Source: an uncultured Candidatus Competibacteraceae bacterium
GTDB lineage: Bacteria > Pseudomonadota > Gammaproteobacteria > Competibacterales > Competibacteraceae
Assembly: GCA_937960715.1 (NCBI GenBank)
Contig: CALGOO010000171.1
Location: 1 to 60,117 of the forward strand
DNA: 60,117 nt
Reading direction: 5' to 3'
The notes beneath the pieces are model-generated. The model did no database searches. It saw only the letters and a list, made by a program, of their open reading frames with translations, and was not told the DNA's origin. The position numbers and the translations under genes are program-made. Below are positions 56,866-60,117 of the stretch, one piece after another. The first letter of the stretch is position 1. The number at the start of each line of letters is the position of its first letter.

Positions 56866-56998
56866 ATTTTCATCTCCAGACAGGGTATTTGCGCATTCAC
56901 CGCATTCATTCAGCCATCTCTCCTTCCACCAATGGATAACCCTTGGAAAAATTCAAAACCCAACCCGTCTCCCACAGGCGGGCGAGAGAAGTGAATGG

Positions 56999-57637
56999 TT
57001 ACACGCCCCCGAACACCCAAATCCCGGCCAGCGCCGCGCCGAGCAAAACCAGGGCCGCGATGCGCAGCACTCGCCGCTGGCGGTCATACGCCGTCCGATC
57101 CACTACCTTGCCCAGCAGCGGGACGCCGTCGGGTTGCAGCGCGACCAGTTCGTTGCCCGGCTTCAGTTCCCGACAATGAACCTGGACCTCGATTTCCCGG
57201 CGTGGCGGCGGACTCCAGCGAAACGACGGATTGATCAGCGCATGAGCCGGATCCGTCGGCGAGCGGCTCGCCAATGGGTGCAGCATGGTCAGCACGCCGT
57301 CGCGGCCAGCCCGTTCGATGGGCGCCAACCGAAAGGCTTGCGGCGCGCAATCCCGCAGCAGTTGGTCAGCGGTGTTCAGGGAACGCGCCAACCGGTGATC
57401 CAGATACCACATCAACCCACCCAGCAACGCCACGATCGGCAACATCAGCAGGCCGATCAACCCCAGCAACAGCAGGTTCGTGCCATCCTGGCTGGTGAAG
57501 GCGATCGCCATCTCGAACAGCAGCGTGCCCGCCACGGTCAGGAACAGCAGCAGGCTCAGCAACCGCAACCGCCGACGATGGACGGCAGCCAGCTTTTGCA
57601 GGCTGGGATGCAGGGGAGTGGTGGGAGTGACGGTCAT
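56999..57637 (-). CDS. Hypothetical membrane protein (three TM helices)
   Basis: Two N-terminal and one C-terminal hydrophobic helices; starts 14 nt after the srfB stop. Confidence 0.65.
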   Translation of the reverse strand: MTVTPTTPLHPSLQKLAAVHRRRLRLLSLLLFLTVAGTLLFEMAIAFTSQDGTNLLLLGLIGLLMLPIVALLGGLMWYLDHRLARSLNTADQLLRDCAPQAFRLAPIERAGRDGVLTMLHPLASRSPTDPAHALINPSFRWSPPPRREIEVQVHCRELKPGNELVALQPDGVPLLGKVVDRTAYDRQRRVLRIAALVLLGAALAGIWVFGGV

Positions 57638-57651
57638 GAGGAGCGTCCTGG

Positions 57652-60117
57652 TCAGCCGCCCGACCGAGCGGAGATGGAAAAAATGCCGGTGTCCAGCCAG
57701 TAGCCGTACTCGTCCTTGAGAGTCTGCAATTTGAGCAGCACCACGCCGCCCGGTTGCTGGTTGCCGTCGGCGTCGGCCACGTCGGTCACCTTGAAATCCA
57801 GGTCCACGTTTTCATCGGTGGAGCGTTCCAGCGTGACCTTGAGCGGCAACGCCCTGGCGCGAGCGTCCTGCGGGCGGGCGAAGGTGATTCGGTACAGCGG
57901 CGTGGCCGGCCAGCGCTCCACGCCCAGTTGCCGAAACCCCAGGAACACCGGCGCGTAGAAATCGAAGGTCGCCTCCGGCAGCTGGGTCTTGCGATCCTCC
58001 AGTTCCAGGTTGGCGAACAGCACATTGTCCTGTTTCAACCGGCCGGTCTGCTCCAACACCCCGACGAAGCGGGCGGTGGATTTCATGCCCAGTTCGCGGC
58101 TGCGCAGATTGAACTTGTACAACTGCCCTTCCGACAGCGCGCAGACCATCGCGCCGACCGCCGCCGTGGTCTTGGGATCGGTCAAGCGCCCGCTGACCGA
58201 GCGGAACGGGTACCAGTCGCCCACCCGATAAGCGTGCAGACTGACGATGCGATCCGGCGGCGTGGGCAGCTTGGCCAGGATCGCCGCCCGGACCGCCGGC
58301 AACCGGCAGGGTCGACCGGAAATCAGCAGATAGTCGCAGTCGTACAGGTACACCACCTCGCATAGATCGCTCAGCACCTGACCCAGAATGCGGCGCACCG
58401 TGGTGTCCAGCGCCAGCATGGTGGTGGCGAACGCGACTTCGGCCAGCTTGAATCCCTGGCTACCGTCGACGCGCACCGCTTCTTCCAGAAACGCCACCAC
58501 CTGCTCATGCGGTCCCGCGCCAGGCGGATAGACATCGGCGAGCTTCAGGGTCACGGCTTCGTTGCCGGTGCTGAGATCGGCGTTCTCGTAGCGGCGCAGC
58601 AGTTCCAGCGCCAGCGGCAAGGCGACCTGGTTGGCGAACTGGCGGCGCAACACCCGGTCGCGCTCGGCCTGATCACCGCGGTTGGCGCCCAGCAGCCGGG
58701 CCAGTAGTTCCTCCGAATTGGCCGCGCCGCTCTGGCGGATGGCGTCCAGCAGCGCCGGCAGCACGTTGCGCTCGATCAGCCCGCACAACACGTCGTCGCC
58801 GGCGATGTTGAAGCCCTCGCGGAATTCCTGGGTCGGCTTGACCGCCGTGCCGCCTTCCAACTGATAGGTGGTGACGATCAAATCGGTGGTGCCGCCGCCG
58901 ATGTCGATGCTGGCCAGCCGCAAACAGGGCAGTTCGCCGTAACCCTCGCGCGTCCGGCCAAAGACTTGAAACAACAGCGAGGCGTCGCCCTGGAAGTTGT
59001 GCTTGATCTCGTTGTACAGGAACACGATCTGGGTGCCGGTGGCCTCGTCCCATTGCAGGAACGGCTCCGGGGCTTGGCTCTCGTCCAGCCCCAGCGCGCG
59101 CCAGGTCAAGCGAATGGCGGTTCCGACCCGCCGGGCGAACAGCTTGCGCTCGGCCAGCGGCATGGCGGTCGGCAGGGTCAGGATGACCCGTCGCAGTCGG
59201 CGCGGGGCCTCGGAATAGACCCGCTCGTAGCGGCGGGCCGGCGAATTGGCCTGGACGAAAGCTTGCAGCAACACCTCGGCGACGAAGAAGCTCATCAGCG
59301 AGCCGCGAGCGAACAGGGCGGTCACGGCGGGTGGCTCGCCAGCGGCCAGTTCCTCGCCATCCTCGCGCAAATGGCCGACAAACGGGCCGGTGGTGACCGG
59401 GCCGCTGTCGCCGGCGCTGGCTGGACCGGGGTTGAAGCGCCACGGATGGTGACGCGGGTCCGTATCCCACAGATAACGCTTGGGGCCGGACAAGCCGGTG
59501 TTGCCCTCCGCGCCGTGACTGAACCAGGACAGCGCCTGGGCCTCGAAACCGACCCGAGTCACCGTCGGCCACAGAAACGCGCTGGCCCGCCCGCTGCGGC
59601 GCGACAACTTCTCGTCGCCGAACGCGCCGCGCACGAACTCGATCCGGCTGGGAAAGGGTTCGTCGTAGACCCGTTCGGGATGGCTCAAGTCGCGCAGCTC
59701 CAGCCGGTAGCTGTCGTTCATGTCCACCGGGGCGTCGCCGCTGGTTTCCATCAGGATTCCGCAGGTGCGGGAATTGCCGATGTCCAGCACCAGGTCCACG
59801 TCCACCGGCTGGTTGAGCCGGGCGGTCGGCCCCTCGTCGACGAAGGTAAAGCGCAGGCGCGGTGGCTGGATCGCCCGGCGCAGCAGGGTCAGGACGGTCA
59901 GATACGCGGCGACCGCGTCCGGACTCTTGCGCAATTCGACTTCGTCCACCCGGCGCGGAGCGCGACGACGCAGTTCGAAGGCGTGGAACCGCTGAAAGAG
60001 CCATTCCCGCGCCCATTCCTGTTCCAGGAACCAGGTCGTATCCACCTCGGTGTCGGTCAGGGCGAATTCCTCGCCGGACTGCATGTCCAGCGGGCTGGGC
60101 GCGAGATAGGGTCGGCC
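57652..60117 (-). CDS. srfB: SrfB-family protein, 5'-partial at the window edge
   Basis: VDLVLDIGNSRTCG, TGLSGPKRYLWD, WDEAT, SIDIGGGTTDL, FREGF, DPKTTAAVGAM, YWLDTG; frame open to 60117. Confidence 0.9.
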   Translation of the reverse strand, partial: GRPYLAPSPLDMQSGEEFALTDTEVDTTWFLEQEWAREWLFQRFHAFELRRRAPRRVDEVELRKSPDAVAAYLTVLTLLRRAIQPPRLRFTFVDEGPTARLNQPVDVDLVLDIGNSRTCGILMETSGDAPVDMNDSYRLELRDLSHPERVYDEPFPSRIEFVRGAFGDEKLSRRSGRASAFLWPTVTRVGFEAQALSWFSHGAEGNTGLSGPKRYLWDTDPRHHPWRFNPGPASAGDSGPVTTGPFVGHLREDGEELAAGEPPAVTALFARGSLMSFFVAEVLLQAFVQANSPARRYERVYSEAPRRLRRVILTLPTAMPLAERKLFARRVGTAIRLTWRALGLDESQAPEPFLQWDEATGTQIVFLYNEIKHNFQGDASLLFQVFGRTREGYGELPCLRLASIDIGGGTTDLIVTTYQLEGGTAVKPTQEFREGFNIAGDDVLCGLIERNVLPALLDAIRQSGAANSEELLARLLGANRGDQAERDRVLRRQFANQVALPLALELLRRYENADLSTGNEAVTLKLADVYPPGAGPHEQVVAFLEEAVRVDGSQGFKLAEVAFATTMLALDTTVRRILGQVLSDLCEVVYLYDCDYLLISGRPCRLPAVRAAILAKLPTPPDRIVSLHAYRVGDWYPFRSVSGRLTDPKTTAAVGAMVCALSEGQLYKFNLRSRELGMKSTARFVGVLEQTGRLKQDNVLFANLELEDRKTQLPEATFDFYAPVFLGFRQLGVERWPATPLYRITFARPQDARARALPLKVTLERSTDENVDLDFKVTDVADADGNQQPGGVVLLKLQTLKDEYGYWLDTGIFSISARSGG

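Overview
GC-rich gammaproteobacterial chromosome segment; a Competibacteraceae-like host is a guess from gene content only. Core genes are hoxFUYHW (group 3d [NiFe] hydrogenase), an Lpp/OprI-like lipoprotein between two L,D-transpeptidase-family genes, osmC, hisC-tyrA, gcvR, dapA-bamC, mutL-miaA-hfq-hflXKC-DUF2065-hisZ-purA, cnoX and fdxA. Four accessory regions are interleaved. (1) A WYL regulator module (16.2-21.2 kb): a double-AAA+ ATPase and an unknown 138-aa protein are divergently oriented, each behind a CGAC-N7-GTCG palindrome fused to a PafBC-like GTCGN-N10-TANNNT promoter, with vapBC lodged between them. This is the best candidate for an undescribed system. (2) An ~11 kb defence island between gcvR and dapA: an Rpn nuclease with an apparent internal antitoxin start, type I R-M, YhcG, and a DUF3696 ATPase plus PLD-like partner. 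(3) An MqsR-MqsA-SecB toxin-antitoxin-chaperone operon next to an XPB/Bax1-like pair. (4) A split srfA ... srfB/srfC system with extra membrane and periplasmic genes. Regions 1 and 2 each end in a decayed copy of the 3' tail of one of their own genes (vapC; rpn). No rRNA, tRNA, CRISPR array or integrase was seen. All family calls come from motif recognition by eye, without database searches.
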